DNA of 64,000 nucleotides from a virus (IMGVR_UViG_2919414237_000001:3338-67337), one strand, 5' to 3'; shown: positions 38,574 to 48,677, numbered from the stretch's first letter. Made by a program: numbers and translations. Notes: generated by a model not told the origin, from the sequence alone.

Positions 38574-41500
38574 TTACAGCCCGCACTTTAGTTGAGCGCC
38601 GCAGTTACTGCACGTATTGCAACCGCCTGCGTCAATGATTTCGCCTTTTCGGCAAACCGGGCAAGTTTCGCCCACCTCGTTGCCATAAGTTACGTCAGTC
38701 GAACGAATTTCATTAATCGTGTCGACAAGAACGACTTTCGGTGATTCGACTTCGGTATCTTCAAACGTATTCTCTTCCGCTTTTAATGAAAGGACCTGCG
38801 AATCACGCGAGCCGTCGACATAAACCGTTCCGCCTTTTGCTCCACCTCTATATAAGCGCTCATAAACAGCCTCTACTTGCTCGACAGCATAACCTTTCGG
38901 AGCATTAACGGTTTTACTTAACGAAGAATCAATCCATCGCTGAATAATACACTGAACGTCAACGTGAGCCTCTGGTGATAGTTCCATCGCGCTGATGAAC
39001 CAATGCGGTAAATTAGATTTGTCTACGCCAGGGTTTGCGTCAAGATATTCTTGAACGATCTCCGCATTGACTTCCATAAATTTACCGAGTCTACCGCTAC
39101 GGAAGTAAGAAAATGAGAAGTACGGCTCAAGTCCGGTACTACATCCGACCATCGAACCGGTGCTTCCTGTTGGTGCGACCGTCAATAGGTGCGAGTTACG
39201 GATTCCGTGCTCAAGTACGCCTTGACGGATATCTTCCGGCATCTTCTTCATATAACCGGAATTAATGAATAGTTCGCGACCGTTTTCCAAGTTATTAAGG
39301 AACGGGAACGGCCCTTTTTCTTTCGCGAGTTCAATTGATGCGCGATAACCGGTAGTCGCCATAACTTCGAATACTTTATCGACGATTCCATTTCCACGTT
39401 CACTGCCGTATTCAGCTTCGCAATAGATTAGTAGATCGTGTAAACCCATAACACCCATGCCTAAACGACGCTCGCCTAGCGCTTGCTTCGTGTTTTCTTC
39501 CATGAAGTATGGAGTTGCGTTGATTACGTTATCCATGAAGCGAGTACCGATTTCGACAACGCGTTTTAAGCGGTCATAGTCGACTTCTTTCGTTTCTTTG
39601 TTCGCCATGTTAGCGAGATTGACTGCCGCCAAGTTACAAACGGAATAAGGCGCTAGAGGCTGCTCTCCACATGGGTTAGTTGCTACGACCTTTTGACCGT
39701 AAGACACTGCGTTAGTCATTTCGTTAGCGTTATCGATAAAGAAGATGCCAGGCTCGGCACTATATGTTGCGCAAATATTAATCAGATTCCATAACTCTTT
39801 CGCTTTGATTGTGCGGTATGTCTTAATTCCGAAACCAAGCGCTTCCCATTCGCGAACATCTCCGTATTCATGCCAGTTATCGTTATAAAGCGCCTTGTCA
39901 TATTCGCTGTAATTTTCGATGTCTGGGAAACGCATCTCATACTCCGTACCATTCTCGACCGCATCCATAAACTCTTTCGTAATGGCAACGGAAATATTTG
40001 CACCGGTTAAGAATTCCGGATTGTTAATGGAATAAGTACCGCCATCTGCTAACTTTTGTTGCGCTTGCTTTCTCGCTGGCCCATCCGGCAAATGCATCGC
40101 AGAAGTTTCATAAACTGCTTTTTCGTCCGGAGTTAATGGCGTGAATTTTAGCTTTGCTTGCGCCAATCTACGAATCTCTTCATCGTTTGTATTTTCGACT
40201 AAGAATCGAAGAATACGAGGATTCTGCATTTTCGAAATAATAAAGTCGAGAATATCCGGATGCCAATCCGCAAGCATAATCATCTGAGCTCCGCGTCTTG
40301 AACCGCCCTGCTCGACTAAGTGTGTTAATTTCGCAATATCATCGAGCCATGAAACGGAGCCGGACGACTTTCCGTTAACACCTTTTGCAATAGCGTTTTT
40401 TGGACGCAACGTTGATCCATTTGTACCTACGCCACCACCGCGCGACATGATTTCCATCACTTTATTGCGGTGCTCTCCGATACCTTCGCGTGAGTCTTGC
40501 GGATAAGGCATAACGTAACAGTTTGATGTTAAATATCCTGTTCCAATAACAAATGAATGTGTTTCTGGTTCTTCGCAACAGAATACTTCTTCGTTGTATC
40601 CTAATGGTTTAACTGATATTACATCAATGTTTGTTCTTCTAGCTAAAGGTGAAGACGTAAACTTTTCATAGTGTGATTGTTTGATTAAGTCACTTGCTGC
40701 GATAGTTGATTTAATTAACTGTAAAGCATAGCAAGGTGAGTAATCTCCGTTGTATGGATTTAACTCTCTTGTCATACGAATATCAGAATGTACAAAAGGT
40801 GTTCTATATAAGTTATCAGCAATGCATTGAAGATCTTCTTTGCTTGACTGATGAATCATTACTGAACCACGTTCATCGCATGATCCGTCTGTTGCGATTA
40901 ATCCTACAACAAAACCATACCAATAATCATTAGATTCTGATTCCGAAGGAAGTTCTTTAAAATGTTTTGGCAATCCATACACTCCTACATAATCTCCGTT
41001 GTAGTGAGGCGTGACTGTATAGTTGCCAAAGAATTCAGCTAATTGTTCTTTTTCTCCGTGAAGGAGAACCATTGTATGAGAACCGTTTTCTAATGTTCCA
41101 TCTCCGTAAACGACGCCGTGTTGGATGCCTTTTTTGTATTCTTCGGAATCACCTAATCGTAAATGTTGACCAACAACAGGTATTTTCTGTCCTTCTAATT
41201 CTAAAGTAGTCACTTTGATGTAATTAGATTTTTTTCTATCATATGTGTACCACTCATGGCCTGCTGTTGTTTTGATCTTTTCGCCGTTAGCGAATTCTAC
41301 TTCATATAACTCTTGAATTCCAAACGATTTAAATTCAGCTTTTCGAATTATGCCATCCATTGAATAAACTTCATATTCGCCTTTAAGGTCTTTGATTTTT
41401 TGTGGGCCGTAGTAAGCTGTTTGAACGATGGTATCCCCTGCAAAGCAGTTAAAATATGTTACGTCAGTCTCCGACCCAGCTCCGTAAATGACGCGACCGC

Positions 41501-42002
41501 CTGGCACGAAGTCAAGCGACGATAAAATTTCGTAGAAATCATTGAACGCCTGCTCTCGTTTTGCTTCGTCAGTTTCAACCGCCGCCAGTCCTCGCGCATT
41601 CCGTTTCGCAATTTGCTCGTAATAGATTTCGAGTGGTTTGTCAATAATATCTAACGGACGGGTCACGATGCCGGTCGCAAGTTCCTCCGCATCTTCAAGA
41701 ACTCCGACAAATGACTCGTCTAATTTAACGCTGGCTTTACGTTCAGTCCAATCAATTGCGGTGATATAGCCGTAACCGCGCGCAGGAAATTTCGGATCAG
41801 TTTTAACCGTCAGCACAACGAAGTCGCCGACTTTTAGCGTTTTCTTTTCCGTATCCTTAAATGTGTATCGGTCGAGCATGATTAGGCGTGATACTCCGCT
41901 AAATGCCATTTTCATATCGTCTGTAACCGGAAACACCTGCTTAAATTGCGCAATATCCTCGTTTAATTTCGCTTTTAATTCGTTAGTGTAAGTTGTAGTC
42001 AT
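38574..42002 (-). CDS. nrdJ: Class II (B12-dependent) ribonucleotide reductase with intein
   Basis: PGGR, MSRGGGVG, RRGAQM, TNPCGEQ, CNLAAVNL, VAPTGS, C-terminal CPVC...CSNC; no small-subunit gene present. Confidence 0.92.
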   Translation of the reverse strand: MTTTYTNELKAKLNEDIAQFKQVFPVTDDMKMAFSGVSRLIMLDRYTFKDTEKKTLKVGDFVVLTVKTDPKFPARGYGYITAIDWTERKASVKLDESFVGVLEDAEELATGIVTRPLDIIDKPLEIYYEQIAKRNARGLAAVETDEAKREQAFNDFYEILSSLDFVPGGRVIYGAGSETDVTYFNCFAGDTIVQTAYYGPQKIKDLKGEYEVYSMDGIIRKAEFKSFGIQELYEVEFANGEKIKTTAGHEWYTYDRKKSNYIKVTTLELEGQKIPVVGQHLRLGDSEEYKKGIQHGVVYGDGTLENGSHTMVLLHGEKEQLAEFFGNYTVTPHYNGDYVGVYGLPKHFKELPSESESNDYWYGFVVGLIATDGSCDERGSVMIHQSSKEDLQCIADNLYRTPFVHSDIRMTRELNPYNGDYSPCYALQLIKSTIAASDLIKQSHYEKFTSSPLARRTNIDVISVKPLGYNEEVFCCEEPETHSFVIGTGYLTSNCYVMPYPQDSREGIGEHRNKVMEIMSRGGGVGTNGSTLRPKNAIAKGVNGKSSGSVSWLDDIAKLTHLVEQGGSRRGAQMIMLADWHPDILDFIISKMQNPRILRFLVENTNDEEIRRLAQAKLKFTPLTPDEKAVYETSAMHLPDGPARKQAQQKLADGGTYSINNPEFLTGANISVAITKEFMDAVENGTEYEMRFPDIENYSEYDKALYNDNWHEYGDVREWEALGFGIKTYRTIKAKELWNLINICATYSAEPGIFFIDNANEMTNAVSYGQKVVATNPCGEQPLAPYSVCNLAAVNLANMANKETKEVDYDRLKRVVEIGTRFMDNVINATPYFMEENTKQALGERRLGMGVMGLHDLLIYCEAEYGSERGNGIVDKVFEVMATTGYRASIELAKEKGPFPFLNNLENGRELFINSGYMKKMPEDIRQGVLEHGIRNSHLLTVAPTGSTGSMVGCSTGLEPYFSFSYFRSGRLGKFMEVNAEIVQEYLDANPGVDKSNLPHWFISAMELSPEAHVDVQCIIQRWIDSSLSKTVNAPKGYAVEQVEAVYERLYRGGAKGGTVYVDGSRDSQVLSLKAEENTFEDTEVESPKVVLVDTINEIRSTDVTYGNEVGETCPVCRKGEIIDAGGCNTCSNCGAQLKCGL
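40521..41447 (-). mobile_element. Intein (309 aa) with LAGLIDADG endonuclease
   Basis: TYFN|CFAGDT ... GYLTSN|CYVMP; block B TTAGHEW; motifs GVVYGDG and GLIATDGS. Confidence 0.93.
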
Positions 42003-42184
42003 TCGTTTCTCTCCTTTAAATTCCGTAGTTCTTCCTCAATTCCGATAATCCCATGCGAAACCTGGCGATACTCTACCATTTTCGCCCGATAAGCGTCAGC
42101 CAGGCGCCGCAAGCCGTAATCAATCTCGTGACGCTGGCGAATCAGTTCTGCGTGCAATTTGGCGAGTGTTTCTTCGGTGGTCAT
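41999..42184 (-). CDS. Hypothetical coiled-coil protein
   Basis: Overlapping start/stop with neighbours. Confidence 0.65.
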   Translation of the reverse strand: MTTEETLAKLHAELIRQRHEIDYGLRRLADAYRAKMVEYRQVSHGIIGIEEELRNLKERNE

Positions 42185-42477
42185 TTCTTGCGCGCCTTCA
42201 GTATCTGCGATAACTCTTCGCGAGTCTTGCCGAGAAGTTCAAGCGCTAAATCTAAATACTCGTAATCTTCGAATTCCTCTCCGCGACAATAGTTGCAGCT
42301 TGTTTCCTGCTCGTAAGTCGAGCCTTTCAGTGTATACCCGTCTTCTTCCTGACGGTACCCATCCGCTTCCGCACACCCATCCGAACACCAAGAACGGCCA
42401 CACTCGCAAGATACATAATCTCCGCAATCTGGAAAAGTTTCTCCGCAAGTTTCACATGCATACCAATCGACACCCAT
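42181..42477 (-). CDS. Cys-rich zinc-binding hypothetical protein
   Basis: CETC, CECG...CSDGC, CNYC. Confidence 0.7.
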   Translation of the reverse strand: MGVDWYACETCGETFPDCGDYVSCECGRSWCSDGCAEADGYRQEEDGYTLKGSTYEQETSCNYCRGEEFEDYEYLDLALELLGKTREELSQILKARKK

Positions 42478-42479
42478 CG

Positions 42480-42980
42480 TTATCCCTCCGTTTTAATTAA
42501 TTTTTCACGAATCAGATACGCCAGAGCTATGGCGGCCGCATCCGAGTGATCGTCGCTATCAAACTTATAGTCTTCGCCTAGTCCGAGCAACTTGCGGACA
42601 CTAGCGGCGACCTCCGGCTTCTTGGCCGCCCCATTTCCTGTGACCGTCTTCTTAACGTTACTTGGCGTCAGATGTTCGTTAACTTCGTACCCATACCGCG
42701 ACAACGCTCGCTCTACCGCACTCCAGGCGCCATGAATCTTGTTATTTTGTACGTAGTTACGCGCAGGAGGCCACACCTCTCGGGCGATAATATCAAACGG
42801 CCTATTTTCGCGAATAAAAAGCAATGTGAACGCCTCGATTTCCTCGTACCGGAGCGCCTGGGCCGTCGATGAGTCAGTCGTAAAGTTGGCCGTTTTGATT
42901 AGGCGAGGCTTGCCTTTTTTGACCTCGATGATTGCGAACCCCGGAGAGGTTAGCGAGAGGTCTAGCCCGAGAACTCTCAT
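42480..42980 (-). CDS. ruvC: RuvC-like Holliday junction resolvase
   Basis: VLGLDLS, ARE, VKKTVTGNG, DDHSDAAAIA. Confidence 0.9.
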   Translation of the reverse strand: MRVLGLDLSLTSPGFAIIEVKKGKPRLIKTANFTTDSSTAQALRYEEIEAFTLLFIRENRPFDIIAREVWPPARNYVQNNKIHGAWSAVERALSRYGYEVNEHLTPSNVKKTVTGNGAAKKPEVAASVRKLLGLGEDYKFDSDDHSDAAAIALAYLIREKLIKTEG

Positions 42981-43258
42981 CGCTCCACCTTCTCATAAGT
43001 CTGTTCGAAGATGTCCGGCTTACATGGATAGAACTCGCCTTGTACTCCGCGAATTATATAATCACCTTCCGATACTCTCATTTCTCCTTCGAGCGTTTGA
43101 ATTTCACCGTATATAACATCTCCACCGTATTGGCTATATAGAGTTACAGGTTTATTTGGAGCGTATTTAATGAAGTCGGGCGCGCCTTTGGTGAAATTCT
43201 TTTTCGTAAACTGCCATGCCTCAATCTCAACGGGTTTCTTTCGATATTTAGCCATCAT
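42977..43258 (-). CDS. Conserved phage protein
   Basis: KYRKKPVEIEA; TLEG; GDYIIRGVQGEFYPCKPDIF. Confidence 0.8.
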   Translation of the reverse strand: MMAKYRKKPVEIEAWQFTKKNFTKGAPDFIKYAPNKPVTLYSQYGGDVIYGEIQTLEGEMRVSEGDYIIRGVQGEFYPCKPDIFEQTYEKVER

Positions 43259-44229
43259 TCGGCACCTCCTTCGCGAACATCCTGAATAAACATGAACGCG
43301 TCAACGTATTGATCCTTTACATATTGCGGAAGCCCTGACCGCTGCGCCCGCTTGACTTGCGCCTTCAACGTCTGGAACTCATCGTCCGACAAGTCGAGCG
43401 CACATGCCGTCTTGAATCCGTTAAATGTCCAACGCGATAAATCTAGAGCTGGCGGCGTATCCATATTAATACAGCGCGTGATTTCCGCAAAGTTATCAAG
43501 CAGTTCTGCACGGTCGGCATCCGTTATCTCAAAGCCAAACGCCCGAATGTCCGGAGTTACTTCGTATTCATCGTCGCTCATTACCCACGCCTTTTTCGCT
43601 GTGTTAACGTAGAGGATAATGTAGTAATCGACGTTATACATAATCGAGTAGGCGACGCATTGCTTACGGTGGCCTTCCTCGGCTTCTCGCATTGAGTGAA
43701 CCGACGTCTTGGCTGGCGTGCTTTGCTTCGACTTTATCTCGAGGCCAACACGGATGATTTCGCCATCTTCGTTTACATATTGCATGATTCCGTCACATGT
43801 TCCGTACAGATAGAAGCGTTGGCCATTATGAATAACTTCGTGATTCTTTTTCGCAAAGTCTTCGAATACTGGCGTGCCGTCTTCGTTCTTTTCAAAACGG
43901 AATGGGCATCCAGGCAACTTGCGTTCCATTGCGAGGACCGTCCGCTGAATGACGTCGCCGATCGCCGTTCCGATTTCCTGCCATCTTCCCTGATATGGGG
44001 GCTTAGGAAACGAATCCCTTTTTGCACGCTTGGCTTTGACGTATAATTCTCGCGGGCAAGCTTTCGAGTTGGACGGCGAGAAATACGGACGCTTCGGCCA
44101 CACTTGCGGTGGATTTGCGTACCATTGATGGATCTGACGGTCTAGTTCGTTGTCGAACGTTTCAGGCATAGAATACCACCAGTCTAGTTCCTGCGTGAAA
44201 TGGCGTGCAATTTCGTTTATATTCGTCAA
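43255..44229 (-). CDS. PD-(D/E)XK exonuclease (Cas4/RecB-like)
   Basis: CPREL, GTCDG, LEIKS, QCVAYS. Confidence 0.8.
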   Translation of the reverse strand: MTNINEIARHFTQELDWWYSMPETFDNELDRQIHQWYANPPQVWPKRPYFSPSNSKACPRELYVKAKRAKRDSFPKPPYQGRWQEIGTAIGDVIQRTVLAMERKLPGCPFRFEKNEDGTPVFEDFAKKNHEVIHNGQRFYLYGTCDGIMQYVNEDGEIIRVGLEIKSKQSTPAKTSVHSMREAEEGHRKQCVAYSIMYNVDYYIILYVNTAKKAWVMSDDEYEVTPDIRAFGFEITDADRAELLDNFAEITRCINMDTPPALDLSRWTFNGFKTACALDLSDDEFQTLKAQVKRAQRSGLPQYVKDQYVDAFMFIQDVREGGAE

Positions 44230-44514
44230 TTATTCGTCCTCCCCAGAAAGATATTCTAATGGGTTATAACCGCTTAGCGTATCGCCAAACTTATCTTCTA
44301 ACTCCTTCAAGGTCAGCGGAGATACTTCGATTTTTGTTATATAACTTTCCTCGATAGTTCCGTAAACCTCGCTATGCTTTCCGAGCACTTCACCGAAATA
44401 AGCGTTCTTACCAACCGCGTCAGTTACCTCCGATTCAGTTGCGATAAATAATCCGTAAAGCGCGCCCATTCTACCGCAATCACATTCGAAACTATATAAA
44501 TGCTTTTCGTTCAT
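44230..44514 (-). CDS. Hypothetical phage protein
   Basis: DCGRMGALYGLF; YFGEVLGKHSE; start at 44514 (upstream ORF extension is spurious). Confidence 0.7.
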   Translation of the reverse strand: MNEKHLYSFECDCGRMGALYGLFIATESEVTDAVGKNAYFGEVLGKHSEVYGTIEESYITKIEVSPLTLKELEDKFGDTLSGYNPLEYLSGEDE

Positions 44515-44708
44515 TCCGATTCCCCCTCGTAATGTTTTCCGTTGATTACATAAACCTCCGGACTCTCTGGCGCCAAGAACGTCTTCACTAAGAAAGCGAG
44601 TAACGTAATCGTCGCCGCCTGTATCAGCGTAATGTGAACGGAAGGCCAGGCGAATGGGACCGCAAAGTATACCACCGCCATGACTACCACGTAATAGAGC
44701 GCGATCAC
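44511..44708 (-). CDS. Small membrane protein
   Basis: Two TM segments; overlaps neighbours by 4 nt. Confidence 0.65.
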   Translation of the reverse strand: MIALYYVVVMAVVYFAVPFAWPSVHITLIQAATITLLAFLVKTFLAPESPEVYVINGKHYEGESE

Positions 44709-44890
44709 AGCTCTCTCCTACCTTCGATTTGGAAAAACGCGCCTGATATTTCGTTAAGCTTCCGCTCGTCACTTTCGGACAAATGGTATTCGGAAAGGAT
44801 GCCGATTAAAGCTTCCGTATAAGTTAGCATCGTTTGGAACAATTCCGTGTCTTTTACATCAACGGATATTCTAAACTTATTTTCGCTCAT
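44705..44890 (-). CDS. Hypothetical protein
   Basis: Translational coupling on both sides. Confidence 0.6.
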   Translation of the reverse strand: MSENKFRISVDVKDTELFQTMLTYTEALIGILSEYHLSESDERKLNEISGAFFQIEGRREL

Positions 44891-45162
44891 TAGCGCACCA
44901 CCTTCGCATGTTCAATCGCGTCAAGGATTTCTTCCGTTCCGACCAGTCCGACTAGGCGGCCGACTTCGACTCCGTTGCGGAAGAACGCGAGAACAGGGAC
45001 GGAGTTTAAATTGTATTTATCAATAACTTCCGGATGTTCCGTAATATCAACGTTTTCTAACGTCACACCAGCGACAAACAAATCGATATCCCCTAAATAA
45101 TTCGCTAATGCTGTACAAGGGCGGCACCCTGGACGGCTAAATTTCTTGATCGTTATCATCAA
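44890..45162 (-). CDS. Thioredoxin-like protein
   Basis: GCRPC; SVPVLAFF. Confidence 0.88.
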   Translation of the reverse strand: MMITIKKFSRPGCRPCTALANYLGDIDLFVAGVTLENVDITEHPEVIDKYNLNSVPVLAFFRNGVEVGRLVGLVGTEEILDAIEHAKVVR

Positions 45163-47320
45163 ACCACTCCTCGTTATTTACTTTATCGAGCCATCGCTCT
45201 GGATTTATTTCGACGTCACAACGGACCGGACACGCCAGTTTTACCGCTTGCTCCATCGTTGATTTAATTTCGTTTAAGCCTTCTTGCGTAATATCTTTCG
45301 GACAATCGAACACAAGTTCGTCGTGAACCTGTAGCAATATATACGAATCATATTTCGGTAACACCGATTGCAAGTCGCAGATTGCTTTTTTCAGTACCGA
45401 GCCAGCGCTCGCTTGAATCGGAAAATTTCCCGCCATTCTCTCCGCGCTTAATACCTTCCACTTTTCTCGCGATTTCACTTCGGAATGTAATCGGCGTTTT
45501 CGTCCGAATATATCCGTTACGAATCCTTGTTTCTTAACTTGTCGGTGTTGTTCGTCCATGTAGCGCTTGATTCCCGGATAACCTTTAAAATAATCGTCGA
45601 TAATTTTTTGCGCTTCCTTCTTCGATATTTCCAGCGTATCAGCAAGCTTACCGGCACCCATTCCGTAAACAATTCCGAAGTTTACTATTTTCGCTTGCTT
45701 CCGATATTTCTGATGCGGTGAGCCATCTGTATCCTTATTCGCCTCGATTTCCTCGTAAGTGTAACCGCTAATTAATGCCGCAGTAGTCGAGTGAATGTCC
45801 TGGCCTTTTTCGAACGCTTCAATCAGTATCGTTTCATTCGCCATGTGCGCAAGTACTCGGAGCTCAATCTGCGAATAGTCAATCGATACTAGAATGCGGT
45901 CAGGTCCGGTCGCCAAGAATAAGTGGCGTATTTCCGGGCGCTTTGCCGGTATCTGTTGCGTATTAGGGTCCTTGCAAGTGAACCGCCCTGTCGCAGCTCC
46001 CCATGTGTTATGCCACGGATGAATCTTGCCGTCGTGTTTAACTTCTTTTGGTAACTTTTGCGTAAAGGATGAGCGTAGTTTTCCGATTTCCTTATATTCG
46101 AGCAATAACGGAATAACGGGATGCTCGCGCTTTAACTTCTTCATAAACCGGCTATTCGTCGAGCCTTTTCCGTGATCGGTCAGTTTTAAATCTCCGAATA
46201 ACTTTTTACTTAACTGCGCTGGGGAATTAAGGTTTATTTCCTCGCCGAATAACTCGGTTATCTTGCGGTATAACTCCGCTTCCTCAACCGCTAACTTTGC
46301 GTCAAGTTCCGCAGCGTGGTCCGTATCAAACCTAATTCCGCGAATATCTGACTTAATAAACTGGCGCGCCACTGGCATTTCAATCTCGAACATTAAACGC
46401 TTGAGTTGCCGTAAGTCCTCGCGCTTTTCATATTGCGCCATAATCCAATCGTAAAGTTTCAGCGTTTTCTCCGTATCCCCTGCCGCATAAGGTAACGCAA
46501 CATCAAGCGGAACTTCGTTAAACTGCACGTTCGGAAATAACTCGTCGAAGTTATCGCTGGGTTGCTTCAACCAATCAGTCAGCAAGTTTTTCAAACGGTG
46601 ATCGCGATTCTCGTCAAGGCTCATCGCCATTATGCGTGTGTCAGCGTGAAGTGCATCCGTTAAGTTCATTCCGTATTTAACCGCAAACCATTTACAATCA
46701 AATGGAGCGTTGTGCATTACAATTTTCGAATGCTCTAACACGTCTTTTACTTCGCTTACTATTTCACGGTCATTCCATCCGTCATAACATATCGGATTAT
46801 CAACATGGTTTAATGGAACGTAATAACTCGCTTTCCTTGTGGAGACGGAGAACCCCGCAACGTTGCCGCGCCACGGGTCTAGCGCTCCATTGTTTTCGCC
46901 GAATGTTTCGCAGTCAAATGCGATGATTTCGGACGATTTAATATCGTCAACCATTCCGTGCAACATTTCGAGTGTACTTACAAGGTAATAATTGCTCGGA
47001 GTCTTCGCCACAAGCTCCGCCAGTTTCTGTTCGCGCTGACTTTCCGCCAGTTGCTTATATAACCGCAAAGCCTCCGCCTTACTAAATCGCTTGGAAGCGT
47101 CAGAGGGCGACCTGCCTAACGTGCCCTCTGCGAATGCCTTCCGTACTTCTAATAATCGCACCTGATCCGCTTCCGAATTTTTCATATCGAGGATTCGCGA
47201 CCACGCCTCTTCAATACTCTCAGTCGCCGCCTTCTTTTTCTCAACCGCCGTTGCCAACCGCTGGCTTGCGTCTGTATCTGTCTTCGGTAAACCGTAAGGT
47301 AAATTTAGCGAAATCTTCAC
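45137..47320 (-). CDS. polA: DNA polymerase, family A, with 3'-5' exonuclease
   Basis: AFDCET, HNAPFD, YAAGD; DYSQIELR, KIVNFGIVYG, QVHDE. Confidence 0.95.
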   Translation of the reverse strand: MKISLNLPYGLPKTDTDASQRLATAVEKKKAATESIEEAWSRILDMKNSEADQVRLLEVRKAFAEGTLGRSPSDASKRFSKAEALRLYKQLAESQREQKLAELVAKTPSNYYLVSTLEMLHGMVDDIKSSEIIAFDCETFGENNGALDPWRGNVAGFSVSTRKASYYVPLNHVDNPICYDGWNDREIVSEVKDVLEHSKIVMHNAPFDCKWFAVKYGMNLTDALHADTRIMAMSLDENRDHRLKNLLTDWLKQPSDNFDELFPNVQFNEVPLDVALPYAAGDTEKTLKLYDWIMAQYEKREDLRQLKRLMFEIEMPVARQFIKSDIRGIRFDTDHAAELDAKLAVEEAELYRKITELFGEEINLNSPAQLSKKLFGDLKLTDHGKGSTNSRFMKKLKREHPVIPLLLEYKEIGKLRSSFTQKLPKEVKHDGKIHPWHNTWGAATGRFTCKDPNTQQIPAKRPEIRHLFLATGPDRILVSIDYSQIELRVLAHMANETILIEAFEKGQDIHSTTAALISGYTYEEIEANKDTDGSPHQKYRKQAKIVNFGIVYGMGAGKLADTLEISKKEAQKIIDDYFKGYPGIKRYMDEQHRQVKKQGFVTDIFGRKRRLHSEVKSREKWKVLSAERMAGNFPIQASAGSVLKKAICDLQSVLPKYDSYILLQVHDELVFDCPKDITQEGLNEIKSTMEQAVKLACPVRCDVEINPERWLDKVNNEEWFDDNDQEI

Positions 47321-47487
47321 GTATCCACCTCGCTAACGTTCATCGTCCGGTAAAACTCCCGCACCGTCTCCGCGCCACCATCATCCGCCCATTCGCGAAA
47401 GCACTGCTCGTCGCAAAAGTAGAGTTCCGCTCGGTCATCGTAGAGGGCGGTCGTTACTTGGGCGTTACAGTTTGCGCATTTAGGCAT
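47317..47487 (-). CDS. Small zinc-ribbon protein (56 aa)
   Basis: MPKCANC...FCDEQC; coupled to polA; not in the ORF track. Confidence 0.6.
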   Translation of the reverse strand: MPKCANCNAQVTTALYDDRAELYFCDEQCFREWADDGGAETVREFYRTMNVSEVDT

Positions 47488-48067
47488 CGAAGCGCGCCTC
47501 GACTGGCGTGATTAGTTCTACGTTATGCTTATAAATCCAACCGCCTCCTTCAAGCGTTAAACCTCGTTCATAATCTCCGTAACCTTTTGGTGCCACCTCT
47601 TTCACAATGCGTAGGGTTCCTTTTTTATATGCAGGGCTTCCTTTGGTGATGACGATATCGCCCTTCTTAAACTCGTTAGGCTTCCGACCGATTTTCGCCC
47701 ATTTTTCTTCAAGTTCTTTTCGTTCCGTCTTGGCAGCGAGTTCGCGTTTGGCTTCGGCGACTTCTTCGTCGGTTGCGCGTACAACATCAACAGTTGCAAC
47801 GCCTCCTTTTCCTCCGAGTAATGAATCGGACACAAAAACTGGCCCTTTCGTTCCCTGTGCGTGTTGAAGGATAGTTACAATTTCGCCTATCTCAAACGGA
47901 TGAGGACACTCCGGTCCTTTATTGCCATTTCCTACAACCTTCGCATAATCTCCGACTTTCAACGGCTCGGGCTGCGCCTCTTCCTCAACCGGAAACTTAA
48001 CGCCCATTTGCTTCAATTCCTCGATAGTACCTTCGAACGTCATTTCGCCAATAATAATTTTCGCCAT
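47480..48067 (-). CDS. Hypothetical phage protein
   Basis: LKVGDYAKVV; WAKIGRKPNEFKKGDIV. Confidence 0.7.
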   Translation of the reverse strand: MAKIIIGEMTFEGTIEELKQMGVKFPVEEEAQPEPLKVGDYAKVVGNGNKGPECPHPFEIGEIVTILQHAQGTKGPVFVSDSLLGGKGGVATVDVVRATDEEVAEAKRELAAKTERKELEEKWAKIGRKPNEFKKGDIVITKGSPAYKKGTLRIVKEVAPKGYGDYERGLTLEGGGWIYKHNVELITPVEARFDA

Positions 48068-48069
48068 TA

Positions 48070-48456
48070 TTAAACCGCCTCCGCTTCCGTATTATTTAAC
48101 TCAATCCAGCGTTTCTTTGCCGTCTGCTCCGTGCTCCAATATTCGCCTAATCCGGTACATTCGAACATAAAAGCACGATTACCGTCAACACCCACTATCA
48201 GATCGACTTCATCCGGCGTGTAAGGCTTTCCGTTACCTTTCTTTGCGTAAATTACTAACGCGTTATCGCGGTCAGTCCGCACCCTTAGCGTTTTAACCTG
48301 GACGCGGTGGGCGCGCCCGTTAGCCGGGTCACGCGCTAGGAAATCGTAAACTTCCGGGACTAGAGGCTTTGCGACCTCATACCCGAGAGTTTCCATCATT
48401 AATTTTGCTGCGACTAATTCGGAGATTGCTCCGGTAATTTGCGTTTCGTGCGCCAT
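48070..48456 (-). CDS. PD-(D/E)XK endonuclease (group I intron-associated type)
   Basis: GAISE, PEVYDFL, RVQVKT, YTPDEVDLIVGV. Confidence 0.75.
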   Translation of the reverse strand: MAHETQITGAISELVAAKLMMETLGYEVAKPLVPEVYDFLARDPANGRAHRVQVKTLRVRTDRDNALVIYAKKGNGKPYTPDEVDLIVGVDGNRAFMFECTGLGEYWSTEQTAKKRWIELNNTEAEAV

Positions 48457-48677
48457 TATTTCACAGCCTTTCCGGTTTGAAACTCGAACATAGTAACTTC
48501 AATACCTGCTCGCGCATCTTTAAAGTCATTTAAGGCGATAATTATTCCAAGGATTCCGATAACCCAGTGACCTTTTGCGAATGAGCCTATCGCTAGAATC
48601 GTCCACAATACCGCTAACATATAATGTGACTTTTTACCGAAAACCCATTTAAAATGCATTCTATTCCTCCTCCTCAA
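48456..48677 (-). CDS. Small membrane protein
   Basis: Two hydrophobic segments. Confidence 0.55.
   Translation of the reverse strand: MRRRNRMHFKWVFGKKSHYMLAVLWTILAIGSFAKGHWVIGILGIIIALNDFKDARAGIEVTMFEFQTGKAVK

Noticed and set aside
43255-44229. Cas4-like nuclease as part of a CRISPR system
   Set aside because: No repeat-spacer array or other cas genes in the window; such nucleases are common in phage recombination modules.
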